DNA from: Tubiluchus corallicola | Taxonomy: Eukaryota > Animalia > Priapulida | Assembly (NCBI GenBank): GCA_030141605.1 | Contig: JAQGDQ010000023.1 | Coordinates: 1,157,747 to 1,221,746 of the forward strand | Reading direction: 5' to 3' | DNA length: 64,000 nucleotides | Shown here: piece after piece, positions 1 through 12,577 of the stretch | Numbering within the stretch: position 1 is the first letter of the stretch | How the letters are laid out: each line of letters opens with the position of its first letter | Translations under genes and position numbers: made by a program | The notes under the pieces: generated by a model | Told to the model about the DNA's origin: nothing | Databases searched by the model: none | Seen by the model: the letters and a program-made list of their open reading frames with translations, nothing else

Positions 1-108
1 CGGTTTTGAGGTGCACAAAAGTTCTTTGTAAACAAACTTTATGTATGATTTTCGAGAGACAAGGCCCAGTGAGTGATCTATAGTCTTACACCACCACCAC
101 ATTTAGCC

Positions 109-834
109 GGCGCTATTACACTTTCGCACCGCCTAGCTTTTCCTGGCCTATTGGCTGTTTTCACGCCTGCAGGCCAGAAAGCAGACCAACAGGCGTAATA
201 TACACCATATTCCCATAATATTATTGCTTCTTACGCTTTATAAGTCCAGATTAAAATCATGCATTACTTACCGACCGCCGCCATTAAAAGCTGCACGTGA
301 ATAACCGTGTTTACATCACTAATGCGCAATCGCTCTCGCGCAGTGACGATGTGGCCCTTAACATGTATTTTTAGTTTCTTCGCATAATTTATGATTATTA
401 GGGTTGCAGCCACGGGAGTTTGTATCGTATCGCGGGAAATTATTTTAGACGACTACAGTTATTTATCATTAATTTTATTTATTACTATAGTATTATTACT
501 ATTAGATTATAAAAAAGTAAAAGTTTTTTCTTTATTTCGTAAATGCGGTGAAGATGAAAGTGTGTCACGTGCCTTTTAAGCTAGGCCCTGATAATGCATA
601 AACTAGTACGAAATTCGTCACGTGACTACACACACAAACAAGATGGCGATACGCCCTGTATAGGTGTAGAAGTGTGAATACAGCGTAATTATTGGTAATT
701 ATACCTAAATATATTATTAAATTACACTTAGATTAGCGGAAACATTCACTGATGACGTAAGAATGATGACTTACGAGCCTAAAAACGAGTAATAACCTAG
801 AAAAAGCTAGGCGGTGCGAAAGTGTAATAGCGCC
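109..834. mobile_element. Non-autonomous DNA transposon (MITE) with 33-bp perfect TIRs and 9-bp TSD; MULE- or Merlin-like
   Basis: GGCGCTATTACACTTTCGCACCGCCTAGCTTTT at 109-141 is the exact reverse complement of 802-834. CATTTAGCC is duplicated at 100-108 and 835-843. No transposase ORF inside. Confidence 0.9.
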
Positions 835-934
835 CATTTAGCCATTAGTTAGCAATATAATCTTACCGCAAATGAAGAAATTTCAGAGTATTTGTCAGGT
901 TCCTTCACACAGAACTCACACACGTGGATCGCCA

Positions 935-1066
935 TCTTGCTCTGAAGCGCCCCTGATCAACATAGACGCTGATTGGTTTCTTGCTCTGAAGCGCCCCTGA
1001 ACAACATAGACGCTGATTGGTTTCTTGCTCTGAAGCGCCCCTGAACAACATAGACGCTGATTGGTT
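935..1066. repeat. Three tandem copies of a 44-bp unit
   Basis: TCTTGCTCTGAAGCGCCCCTGA(A/T)CAACATAGACGCTGATTGGTT at 935, 979 and 1023. Confidence 0.95.
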
Positions 1067-1833
1067 AATGCAAATGAGGAAAATAATCTGTCCGGAACTC
1101 AGTTGCAAAAAAAAATTTCGCGTGCGGGCCTCACTTTTGTCTAACTACCTAATGCGCCGCGAGCTTCTGCGCATAACGATTACATCATCAATCTTTACTT
1201 GTGAGTCAGCCGGTCGAAGATCAGCTGGTCACGTGATGCCACCACCTAACTAGGCTTCTAGCCAGGACGATAGTTTAATCTTGCATCGTCAAGCATTTAA
1301 TCTTGAATTATTAATTTAATAATTTAGTCGCCAATTTAATCAAAATCACTATTTAACACAGTTTTCCTTTGCTATTAGAAAATTTATTGTTGGCTCGAAA
1401 GCTTCGATTCTTCTCTAATTATACTATCTCCGTAATTCCCTTTTAGTTTACGGTTTACAGTTTCTAGAGGACAAGACTATCATTATTATTATACTCTAAA
1501 TAGAGACTACGTTCACCTATCGGCTCTACACTCTGCTGAGCGTTCAATGAAAATTTATTGCCTCCTCACAATCGTCAGTGACATACCTCGGTGTGTAATT
1601 ACTGATAAGGCTACAACCCATAGCTATCAAGCGCTTAAAGGTTACTGCAAAATGTTTTTATAAATACTTAGTTTTATAAAAATACGTAATTGTTGTGTAT
1701 GTAGTCTTTATGGCACTATGTGAGTTAACACATAAATTTTTGCGTAACTCAGCTTTAAAATTTATTAGTAGTTACTATCATCGTTATTTATCAGTATAAT
1801 GATAATAGTGATAATGACGATAATAGAAATAGA

Positions 1834-1946
1834 TATTATTATTATTATCATCATCATTATCATTATTATTATCATTATCATTATCACTATCACTATCTCA
1901 CTATCACTATCATTATCATTATTATTATTATTGTTGTTGTTGTTGT
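1834..1946. repeat. Compound trinucleotide microsatellite (ATT/ATC/ACT/GTT)n
   Basis: Read directly from the sequence. Confidence 0.9.
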
Positions 1947-3168
1947 GTTGCTGAGCTCCTGTCTTGCTTTCAAACTTTCACTCACTCAAGGACACAAAAT
2001 ATACGGACTGTATGTTATTTCAAAGTCGCTTCAAAGCAAAAACACCCCTGTAAATCAAAATGTGTAATCTTACAGTGCATGAAACTCACAAATCTACTTT
2101 ATGATTGGCTTAAATTTAAATACTTATCTGTTTTACATGTGCAAAATGATGCCAAAATCTATAAATACAAATGCCTCATTCTGGTTCGTGGAGTTCAGTG
2201 GTTGCTGGTGTTAGTTTAAGCGCCAAACAGAACAAGCCTGCTTCCGCTATTTCAGGCTCCAATGTGAGAGTGCGGTAACCCTTCAAAGTAGATTCTTCCT
2301 TATGTTTTATGTTTAGCTAGCTAGTAGTATAAAATCGTTTTATTTGTTACAAATAAAACAAACACATACATTCCAGTCATTGAACTTTTAGTCCGAAAGC
2401 AGGAATTACACACACATACACGCCCAAAGTTATTTAGTTCAATTACAAAGATTCTTTCACACTAACAAAACATTAGCAAGTCTCAAACATCTGACAGTTT
2501 CAACGTTTACTAGATTAGTCAAGATTTTGTACGGGTCAACGTCTCCCAGGCGTTGGGTTAGTATCTACTTTCTCAATGCGATAACAGTGGTACTCGTACC
2601 GAGGCTTCTCGCCCACTGATAATTCTGGTTCAAATCGTCCAGGGGTTATTACACTACCTTGACAGCAAGAGCACGACGGCAGAACACTTATTATTATCCT
2701 TTATTTTCGATCAACGCGATATATACATCAGTGCGATCATTATGTAAAAAAGGTTAGTACATCAAGAGATAAAAAGCAAAAATAAATAAGTGATTATAGA
2801 TTAGTAATAAAGGCGATTTATAACAGACATTTATAATACAATATTAATAAGAAATTTCATCGAAACGTTGTGTCTACGTATATTACTCAAATCATTATTG
2901 TTCAGAAAGTAAAACTCTCCACCACCCATGCATTTTTAAAATCCCCATTAGAAATTCTTTAATTAGATTATCGTTTTCATTGGCACTGGTTTGCCCTACA
3001 ATAACGGTATTACTGGATTCGCGTTTCTTAATAAAATGATCAACAGTAACATTGTATTTATTACCAACGTATGCAATGTTAAAACCATAATCTATGCAGT
3101 ATTACGTTATTTTGGCTATTAAAAGTAGATATATAAAATTTAATGAATCTTTTACATTTGTTTTTTAG

Positions 3169-4005
3169 ACTCTGCATATCATTTCTTTGCTCTTTGTGGG
3201 AATATCTATATTTGGTTTCTGCACTGAGACGTACAAAGGTGCCCAGAGGACAGTGCCTTTATATGCTTTAAATAGAACATCTGGTAATCACTACATTGCT
3301 GAATATCACATCGTGCCTCTCACTAGTCTAGACATAGTCGAATACATTTGCTCAGCATATTTTACCACAGAACTCATTTTCAAATTTGTTTGTGCACCTT
3401 CAAAGAGAAAGTTTTTCAAGGGACCGCTGAATTTAGTCGATCTTCTTTCTCTCGTGCCGTTTTATCTAAAAATGACATTGCTAACGGTTCGAGCAGTCTT
3501 TCCGACTACAGCTCCAGCAGCTTGGGAAATGTCGGAATTTATCAATTTTTTTCGCTTTATCCGAATATTTCGTATTTTTAAGTTGACTCGACATTTAAGC
3601 GGGCTACACGTCCTTGTAACCACAATTAAAGCCAGTGTGAAAGAATTAACGTTGCTAGTGATGATCATTATGATTTTAGTCGTGATATTTGCAAGTCTAG
3701 TATACTATGCTGAACGGTTAACGGAAGAAGATATCCCTAGCCAGTTTGACAGCATATTCCGAGGATTTTGGTGGGCACTCATCACCATGACAACAATCGG
3801 ATATGGAGACTTAATTCCGAAGACACTAGCTGGAATGATAGTTGGTTTTTTCTGCGCTATAGCTGGTCTTTTAATCATTGCCTTACCAGTGCCAGTTATT
3901 GTGAATAACTTTACCTTGTACTACGAACGAGCTCAAGCTATATTAAAACTTCCTAGAAAGAAACATTGCCGCCTTATCCAAGCTGACGAAATATTAAAGC
4001 GGCAG
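3169..4005 (+). CDS. Shaw: Shaw/Kv3 (KCNC-family) voltage-gated K+ channel, exon encoding S1-S6 and the proximal C-terminus
   Basis: Acceptor ttttttag|ACT at 3168/3169 and donor CAG|gtaag at 4005/4006; 837 nt, phase 0-0. Encodes S4 FRFIRIFRIFKLTRH, pore FWWALITMTTIGYGD, S6 LPVPVIVNNF and the Kv3-like tail YYERAQAILKLPRKK. The T1-domain exon(s) must lie upstream of the window. Confidence 0.95.
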
Positions 4006-4056
4006 GTAAGCAAAAGATGTTTGCTGAGATTAGAGTATGACAGACGAAATAAAAAA

Positions 4057-4120
4057 ATATCCTGAGAAAACGGAAAAAAATATCCGTTTTCTCAGGATAT
4101 ATATATATATATATGTGATA

Positions 4121-4155
<35 letters not shown>
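4057..4155. repeat. 18-bp perfect hairpin abutting a (TA)n tract
   Basis: ATATCCTGAGAAAACGGA (4057-4074) pairs with TCCGTTTTCTCAGGATAT (4083-4100), followed by (TA)n. Confidence 0.85.
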
Positions 4156-4157
<2 letters not shown>

Positions 4158-4849
4158 CAAAATACAAAATACGCAGGAAACATGAGTATTTGCTAAATAT
4201 TATTTACTTGTAAATTGATAAAAAAATTTCTGTGAAAAGATTACGTATTTGTCTGATAGCAAAACATAATTTACAAGTTTAGAAGTACTCTTTTACTTTT
4301 CGGATTCTTTTTCTAAAACATGGGATTATATAAAATGTAATTCATCATTTAGTTTATTTGTGGCGCGACCAGAGCCTAATTAATCATCAAATATCGTCCA
4401 CTACATTAGGAAAATGTAGAAAGCGATTTAAGTAATTTGGCAAATGAAAGTAATTTTCTCGGCTGATGTTACACAAACGTTATAATAACTATAACAACGC
4501 GACACTAACGCTAAATTTTATAAATCTGCAATCACAAACGTTGTAAGGTCAAAACGACAACTGTAACAACTTTTGTCTGCTGATAAACGTTGTAAAGCCT
4601 ATCTCTAAAATCGACGACAAACGTTATTTTAATCAAAGATTAACATTATAATTTGTCGTGGGTACAAGAAAAGTCTACACACCGTATACGCTTCTTCAAA
4701 GTTGTTGTTGTCTTGTTTTGTAACTACAGCTGCTACCGTGTTGCTGTTCTTATCGTTGCATACAGAAATTTTGTGAAGTAAAAGAAATAGGGGTCTAAAA
4801 TAAATTTAATTATTTTTACTCTATTTGCAGCTTACAAACTCTTAGTGAC

Positions 4850-6440
4850 TCATGCCTTCGACACAAATTCGCTGTCAAATGCTTTTTTTTTAAAATCACC
4901 TCAATGAGCCATCCAGGCATATTTATGCATTAATTTTCCTTCTATATTAGATATCAACCTAACTAAGCGTCAGGTGGTTCTGCAACCCGATTTGAATCCC
5001 TCCTGCTGTTCATCTAGTAGGCCTTTATCACAAGTATAGAGATGTAACCTATGTGCTATAATTTTTTAGCTAATTTACAGCAATAATAATTTACCGTTAT
5101 TGTTGTAGGCCTGTAGTTGCTAAGATGACTATAATATGTCCTACCAGATTATATATAAGAATATATGAAGACCATACTCTATTTTCTAAGCATATATTTA
5201 CCAAGTTCAAAACACGACTTTAGCCCAAAAGTCCGTATCACGAGTGGGCAGCACCCATCTGTGTTTAAGGTTTTATTATTACATTTTGTATTTTTATAGC
5301 TTGCATTACTTTTTCCATGGTGAAGTTGTCAGTGACCCACAATGTTTCTTCATCTTGTGGCATAGGTTGGACTAGCAAAGTGTTGCACTTGCCGGTACCA
5401 TTTGTTATCAAATGCAGACTTGTCAACATATTTTCCGCTGAAAAATGTATCATATAAGACGCCACTTTTTTCCTTGTCGGTGATGTAATAGCTGTTTTGT
5501 ACCTTAAGTGTTTCACATCTTGCTTAACGTGGCCTGGGTGTTTTCTAAAGAACTTTTCCTTGCAGTGTTCTCCTTCATCCAGTTGTCCAGTTCTTGTGCG
5601 AGAGCATTATCAATTTGTTCTTTGATTGCTTTCCTTGATTTCTTTGATAAATAAATAATCTGTTGAAGCATTTTGGGCCATCAGTAACGATTTTTAAGCC
5701 TCTGATAAAGACTAGCGTAACCTGAATGTCCATATGTATTATGGCACAAGTCAATAATGGTATTAAAAAGTCTTGCAAGTATAGCCAATCGTAATAATTC
5801 TTGTTCACAATTTACTGACGCAGTCTGTTCTATCCTATCAAAATAGTTATCATCAGCGATGAAAAATTATTCCTCGTCTCGATTTCGGTTGACGGGGAAA
5901 GTAAGAATATGAATAATTTCAGCTAAATATTCGTCTTCAGCTTGCCATTTTAACACTAATTCGAGATTTATTGGCAAATGTTCTTTAGTACGGGTTATTG
6001 GTATGTTAGTCTGAGATTGTGCCTCCATTTGTTAATTTTCTAGCAATTTTTCTCGCGATGAAGTATTGTTATTCCCCTTTTTAGTTGATTGTGTCTGGTT
6101 AAGTGCATCGAAGGCATCAGATGTATCTGTCACATCTGGTACATTTGATATTGGGTCTTCATCTTGCCATACTTCTTCTGAATGCACATCTAATGGCATT
6201 TCTGTCCTTGAACCTTCTTCCTCTTGTTCAGAACAATAACCATCCTCATCTGTTTCATCTGGACTGTGATTGTCATATAGTCCTAATTTTTCTTTGTATT
6301 GTTTTACTTATCTGTCAGTCTTATCTTTTATCTCCACTAAGTATTGATCTATCTTTTCCGGAGTGTTCAGTAAGTCAAAATGTTTTTGATATTTTCTGAA
6401 CGTTAGTGCAGTCGGTGGAGTTTCCGGTAATGTGTTCATC

Positions 6441-6529
<89 letters not shown>

Positions 6530-6599
6530 GAGAGAGAGAGAGAGAGGGAGAGAGGGAGAGGAGAGAGGGAGAGGGAGAGGGAGAGAGGGAGAGGAGAGG

Positions 6600-6647
<48 letters not shown>

Positions 6648-9600
6648 GTGAGTGAGTGAGTGGAATCGCTCCATTTTTTACTTGCTAGACAGTTAGAGTA
6701 GAGACGGGAGCTTGTGGTGAGAGGTCGCCTTATACTTCCTTGCACTAAGACTTGTTAACATTATGAAATTGCTCTCAGGTGACCTAGTTCACCTCCTCTT
6801 TGGCTTTAGTTGTTTAATTTCAATAAAATCACTGTATCTATGTCGAAGTAATAACTTTTTAAACGTTCAGGTTGTTAAAATAATCTTTTCCCTATCTGTT
6901 CCATTTGTGTAACTTATATCAGTTCATATCATGTCACTTCCTGAAATTCTTGTCAATGTAAACACTATTTCGTCATAAAAGTTATTTAGTCGGGAGCTTT
7001 CATATTTTAACTCATTTGTTTAGTGTTTCGGTTTTATTGCGTTTGTGTTGCGTGTTAAGGCTGCAGAAGTACTTTGTCAGGAACCACTGCTGAAATAAGA
7101 TCACACAAATAGTAGCAAGTCTAAATGTTTAACAGGTTAATACCAAAATGCGAATAGAAATCCTACTCGGAGTCAGTATTAGAACATGTGGCAGGACCAT
7201 CACCTAAAATAACATATTCAATCATAATTGCGCCTAAAATAACGAAATACTATTTTACCAGAAATAGATACATTAGGGTGAATCATACTAATAAATATTA
7301 AGTAATACTTAATATAGTTATCAACCATGAATATTTAAATATATAAGTGAATGAACAAGGTTTGTGTGCATCGGTAGCTCTATACATCACAGAAACACAG
7401 AGTGTGAGCGATTATTTCCATCGACAGACACAGCGCACCGTACTTCCTCAATTCGCAGTACATATTACTGGCGGATTTAACTGTTTGTAGCGTGTTGGGA
7501 AATCTCTGGTTAGTAGCAATCTTAATATACATAGTTGGGGGTCCGTTATACGTCAAATCGTCTTAACATCTCAGGGTTTGGGAGCATAGACCTAGGTTCG
7601 GACAGACGAGCATGCCTAGTAAGTCCAGAGAGTCCTGTTTTTGGAGTGCCGCTTCATTTAATGGAAACACGTCTCGATGCTGGGCTACTAGCTAGGATCG
7701 TTGCATTACCATTAGTGTCAGTCTGCTGTAGGACTGTCGAAATTGCAAAATTGCTACCGTCCGCATGAATTGTATAAGCTTTTTTTTTGATCTGGGAGCT
7801 TGATTTCTTTCTTGTGTCTGTATGAATTACTGTCCTTTTCTAAGTAATTGTAAAAGTGATTAATTAAGCTTTTCCATCAAAATCAGGTATGAAATTTCTA
7901 TAAAAATGAGCTATTCCAATGAAAGCCTTAACTTGTTTTTGAGTTTGGGTATTTCTAAATTTTGAATTACCACTATCTTTTCTGGCTTCGGGCTTTACTA
8001 CATATCCCAAATATTCAACTCCAGAGGTTAACAATTGCATTTTTGCAATTGACATTTCAATCTTGCTTTCCTTAGTCTGTCAAAAGCATCCTGCAAGTCT
8101 TCAATGAATCTCATCATCTGGTTCTGAAACTAATAGATCATGTACAAAACAATGTAGTCTGTGCCTCTTATCGTCCGTAAATAGATCCTTAACCAAAGTA
8201 TGGGCTAATTTAAGAAATGCTGATGGAGAATTTGTAGCTCCAAAGGGACAAACGTTAAAGTTATACAAACTACCATGATAAGTTGTAAATGTTGCCTAGT
8301 CTCAAGAATTTTGTCTCATAGGTATCTACCTGAAAAGCACTTTTGAGATCCAAAACAGTAAAAATAGTCTCTTCTCGGCTTAGAATAGAGACGATTTAGA
8401 ATTCTGTCAATTCGAAGTCGTTGTATATTGTCCTTGACTGTCCTTGAATTCAAATATCGAAAGTCAAGCAACATCCTGCAACATTCCTCCTTCTTACACA
8501 CTAATAGTACAGGACTACTGTACGGTGCATCATATGGACTGATTATTCCAGCTTTTAAGAGTGATTCAATGGTGTCATCTACTACCTTTTCCAAATGTAT
8601 TCGTACGGGATAGACACGACATTTGAATAGTGTGTCATCAGTTAAACGTATTTTAAATTCTGCCTCTGTTGTTCCCACTAAATCTTTATCTTTACTTGTA
8701 AAACAATCTCTTTCAGCGATAATGAGTTTCTTAACTCTATCTAGAAGACATATTAGATATAAATTTTTTATATTGTCTAGCAGTAGTTCTTGTACTAATC
8801 CGTTAATCTTCACTGTGAGTAACCCTCTCACCAAAATCTTTTTCTCGGCTCTTCTCTAATTGCGTCTTCTCAATTCTGATATGTGTCTTTTTTTATTCTG
8901 CCAATCATTGTTGATAGTATATACGCGATTTTGGTCTATCATGAAAAACAACTTGTGTTTTGCCTGGTCTTCCATCATATACTCTTACATCTTGCGGCTG
9001 GTATCTCTTTTTCGTCTCCCAATTTTTTTGTGAAAACGATTCGTCATAATAGGATTCTTCCTTGTTTGCATCATAACATCTACATAAGTTTGTCTCTAGG
9101 ATGATTTTCTCGATTGATTAGCAATAATGGAAATCTTTTCATTGAATTTAAATTGACGTGATACTCTCTGAGCTTTATCAATAGCAGAACTCTTACAACT
9201 TTCTTCAATAATTTACAGTAAATCTCGGGAATTCTTTCCGTAATTGAAGTGCACTCTAATGATTTTGACACTTGATAGCAATAATGTTTTGGTGCTGGAT
9301 TCGCAATCACAATTACTTCCCCTTTCGACAAAATCTGATCCAATATTCAACATAGGGATACAAATTAAGCCTCTTCTGTGTTTGACCACTACTGGAACAG
9401 CTTGACAATCATTATCTTGCTTAAAAATTGGCAATGAAGTTAATGAACAAACGTGTAGTATTCCTGTTGAAGTTTCTCACACCTCCTACATAAGCTTTAA
9501 CAAGAACATCCGTTTTACTCTGAAGAATAATTTTCTCATGAGCCTTGATAAAGAAAGTCAAATCATGATGTAGCTTATCCAGAGAAGAAAAACGAACAAC

Positions 9601-10330
9601 CTCCAAATCGATAAACAAAAGAGAATTAGCAATATCTAAAATTGCTCCTGATTTATGAAAAAATGTATTTCCCAAAATCAATGGTTTCGCTATTTGCTCT
9701 TCTATGTGAAAAAGTAAATGAAAGGTGTCCTGACCAATTTCTACTGGTAAAACAATCTGCCCGATTAAGTTAGCAACATGTTTCATTGCTGTATTCAATG
9801 TTAAGTCTCGGTTGGGTGGCTGTACTCGACCTTTTAAGTTTTTTGGCAATGCACTAAAAAGTTTTTCTTCAATAACGTTAATAGCCACGCTTGAGTCTAT
9901 TAATGTAGGTTGTCACTTTTGGCCTATCTTAACTTTGCAAAAAGGTATATCTTCACTTTCTAATGTGACTACTAATTTTGCTCTGTCATCATTGTCCTTA
10001 ATTACTTCTGCTCTGTAGTCCATTGAACGTGTAGATTTAATGTTGTTCTTTAAACAACTATCTCTTCCCAACCTTTTATTATCATCAGAACTTCTATTTG
10101 CTGCTATCTGTCCTATTTATTTCGTCTTAACCACTTATCTTTGTTCCTCTGATAGCAGTCTTTAAATTTTCGTCTATCTATACTAGCTAATGGCTGGTAA
10201 TAATTTTAACTTGCACATTATAATCATTTTCTAAAAATCCAGTATTCATTCTCGTCATCCGTATACATTTGTACTGGTCTGTCATTCTGTTATTATTGTT
10301 CTGTTATCGAGTCTATTATTACCATTATAT
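4850..10330 (-). mobile_element. Decayed Ty3/Gypsy LTR retrotransposon internal region (protease, RT, integrase remnants)
   Basis: Protease-like LIDSSVAIN near 9890. RT pieces PYSSPVLLV..DFRYLN (8316-8834) and VEYLGYVV..FIGIAHFYRNFIPDF (7864-8055). Integrase zinc-finger and core remnants at ~5000-5950. Many frameshifts and stops; no LTR identified. Confidence 0.8.
6444..6661. repeat. Compound (GA)n/(GACA)n/(GAGT)n microsatellite
   Basis: Read directly from the sequence; it generates the spurious ER/SL ORFs. Confidence 0.95.
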
Positions 10331-10741
10331 ATTATATATTATCTATTATTACCATTATAATATTCCATTGGCCTATTTTTCGGCGACCCAGGAATTGACC
10401 ATCTTTTCCTGGTCACTAACAGTTTGACGACTTCAAATATATGCCTTGCCTTATTAAAATTTCTTACTTCATAATGGCTATGCTATGAGTAACTTAGCTG
10501 TTTGTTAATGTTATCATTATTACGCATATAATATGATCTTTGCTTTGCGGCTTTTGCACGTATTTACGTGATCGCAAGTGTGAAAGCCGCGACGCATGAA
10601 TGCATCAAATAAGATGCTTTCACTTTGTAATGCGACAGTGACCTTGGGAACACACGAAATGACCAAATTACGTCATCGGTTTCCCTATATCCGTTTCACA
10701 AAATCAATAGTCTGGTCTATCATCGGGAAAAAGAGAAATAA

Positions 10742-11850
10742 CTGGATACAGCTGCCAAACTTTCAGGAGTTTACTTGGACCATTTTAACAGCGTTTGGGC
10801 ATTTTATAAAATTATGAATCATTAGTACCCTCTCACCATTTCATAACATCAAATATTTATACATAACTTACAAGCGAAGCCATAAAATGTGACGAAATGT
10901 ATAATGCACTAATAGGCCATTTGCTACAAGGATTTTGGGTGTAAGTTGTACGGCACGGGCAGTGATGACGTTATCTGCACCCCTTTCATATGTTCCAAAT
11001 TTAGATAATCTTAATTTTTTGTCATATATATCATCTATATTCATGCAAAGTGTGCTAATTACCTATACTAAGCAATTTACATTCAGTCTGAGTGCCATGA
11101 ACGATTATGAACGATTATACGGGATTATGACGTCGTCAGCACCCTGTCCCAATCATATCAAGGCTACTTTACTTGCGAAGTTAATGGCCGGGTAAGCTTT
11201 AATAAACAAAAAATATATCAAATGATGATAAAAAGTGAAAAATTGATGCTTAGTTTTTTTGCCCAATAGCTAGTTTGCTGGTAGTGACGTCATTAAAGGC
11301 TTTATTGTTAATTATGGCAAAATCAGTAAATGATTACTAATAAATTACTAAAAGACATGAAAAGTGTATTAAACGTTAAGTGTCACCACCTTATGGCGTC
11401 ATCTATGCCTTTATTGCCGATAATAATGAGGTCATCAACTTCTTCGTTACAACGTATAGGGAACATGCATACGACTGGTAATGGAGACTTTTCTTCAGGG
11501 TGATCGCTTTTCGGCCAAATACTTGATAGACAGCACGTTTTGTATGCTGGATTAGTGCATTCTGTGTAGCCGGCAGACTTTCCAAGCTTTTATTTTTCTT
11601 GCAAAATATATATTTTTGGGTTTCATTTACACTAGCAAATGAGCTGTTTTTGTCATAAAAAATACTGTGTCTTTCAAGCGGCGGGGATTGTTCAGCAGAA
11701 ATGTTTGTGTAAGGATTAGACACTAAGCACTATTTCTTGACATTCTAGTGTGCCGGGTAGCGGACCAAAACGCAAAATTTTATAAAAATGTCCAAAACAC
11801 TGTTAGAATGACCAAATGATTCATTCCTGAATGTTCGTAACTGTATCCAG
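10742..11850 (-). mobile_element. Academ-like DNA transposon remnants (transposase C-terminal fragment plus terminal-sequence fragments)
   Basis: ORF 11403-11723 has VNETQKYIFCKK..LESLPATQNALIQHTKRAVYQ, matching my recollection of the LPPT..AL.QH.KRA.YQ motif of Academ-type transposases. TAG-starting terminus TAGTGTGCCGGGTAGCGGACC at ~11746. 10742-10812 is a diverged inverted copy of ~11776-11850. Confidence 0.55.
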
Positions 11851-12049
11851 TCAGTCCCCATTCCATCAAAAATTGGCCTTAACAGACCGGACTATTACGT
11901 TAACGTAATGCATTGTTGTTTCCTTACAGCATTGTTTTTTATATAACCATATTTTTATTAGTACCAAATAATTTTTGGCCACAGTTACCACTGATGAAGA
12001 GGCCTCGGGAAGAAGAAATGGTATACAGGTGGTGTAACTATTGAAGACG

Positions 12050-12287
12050 AAAAGCATAGAAATAGATTAATATACAATGTAAATACGTACATTAGTAAAA
12101 CGTTACGTACTAATAAGCAAAAGCATAAAATGTCCCACATTAATAAACGAATCAACGAGTATTTTTATGTATGTTCGAACAATATCAAACATGACGACAT
12201 TTTGGTCGTGGTTTAGTAGGGCACTACCATTTAAGTGTATACTAATCAGAGATTCAGTATCCAAAAGAATAATGCCAACTGTAATAT
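12050..12287 (-). mobile_element. 3' end of a CR1/L2-group LINE ORF2 (distal half), split by the BEL/Pao insertion
   Basis: Minus strand reads ITVGIILLD..LNHDQNVVMFDIVRTYIK, which continues from the CCHC-type knuckle fragment at 18757-18870. Confidence 0.6.
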
Positions 12288-12577
12288 TGTGAATACGTCT
12301 GTATATGCCTACTACACATAACCACTTGAAATGAATCACCACGCGCCAATATACTTTATACTCTGTAGACCTGTCGTTCTCATTTTCGTACATTCAACGT
12401 ATACAACCGAAACTGGTGGTGATGTCAGAAGCGTCAGACTGAAGATCCAAGACAGCGAAATGGAACGACCAAACACCAAGCTGGTTCTCATCACTGAGTG
12501 CGAGAATTAGTTGAATCCCCCATCGGGGAGCCTGGACACAGTGTAAAATTCTCATTAGACATTTTGGGGGAGCCAGA

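Noticed and set aside
6308-6745. ER- and SL-repeat ORFs (also 31594-31963)
   Set aside because: Translations of (GA)n microsatellites.
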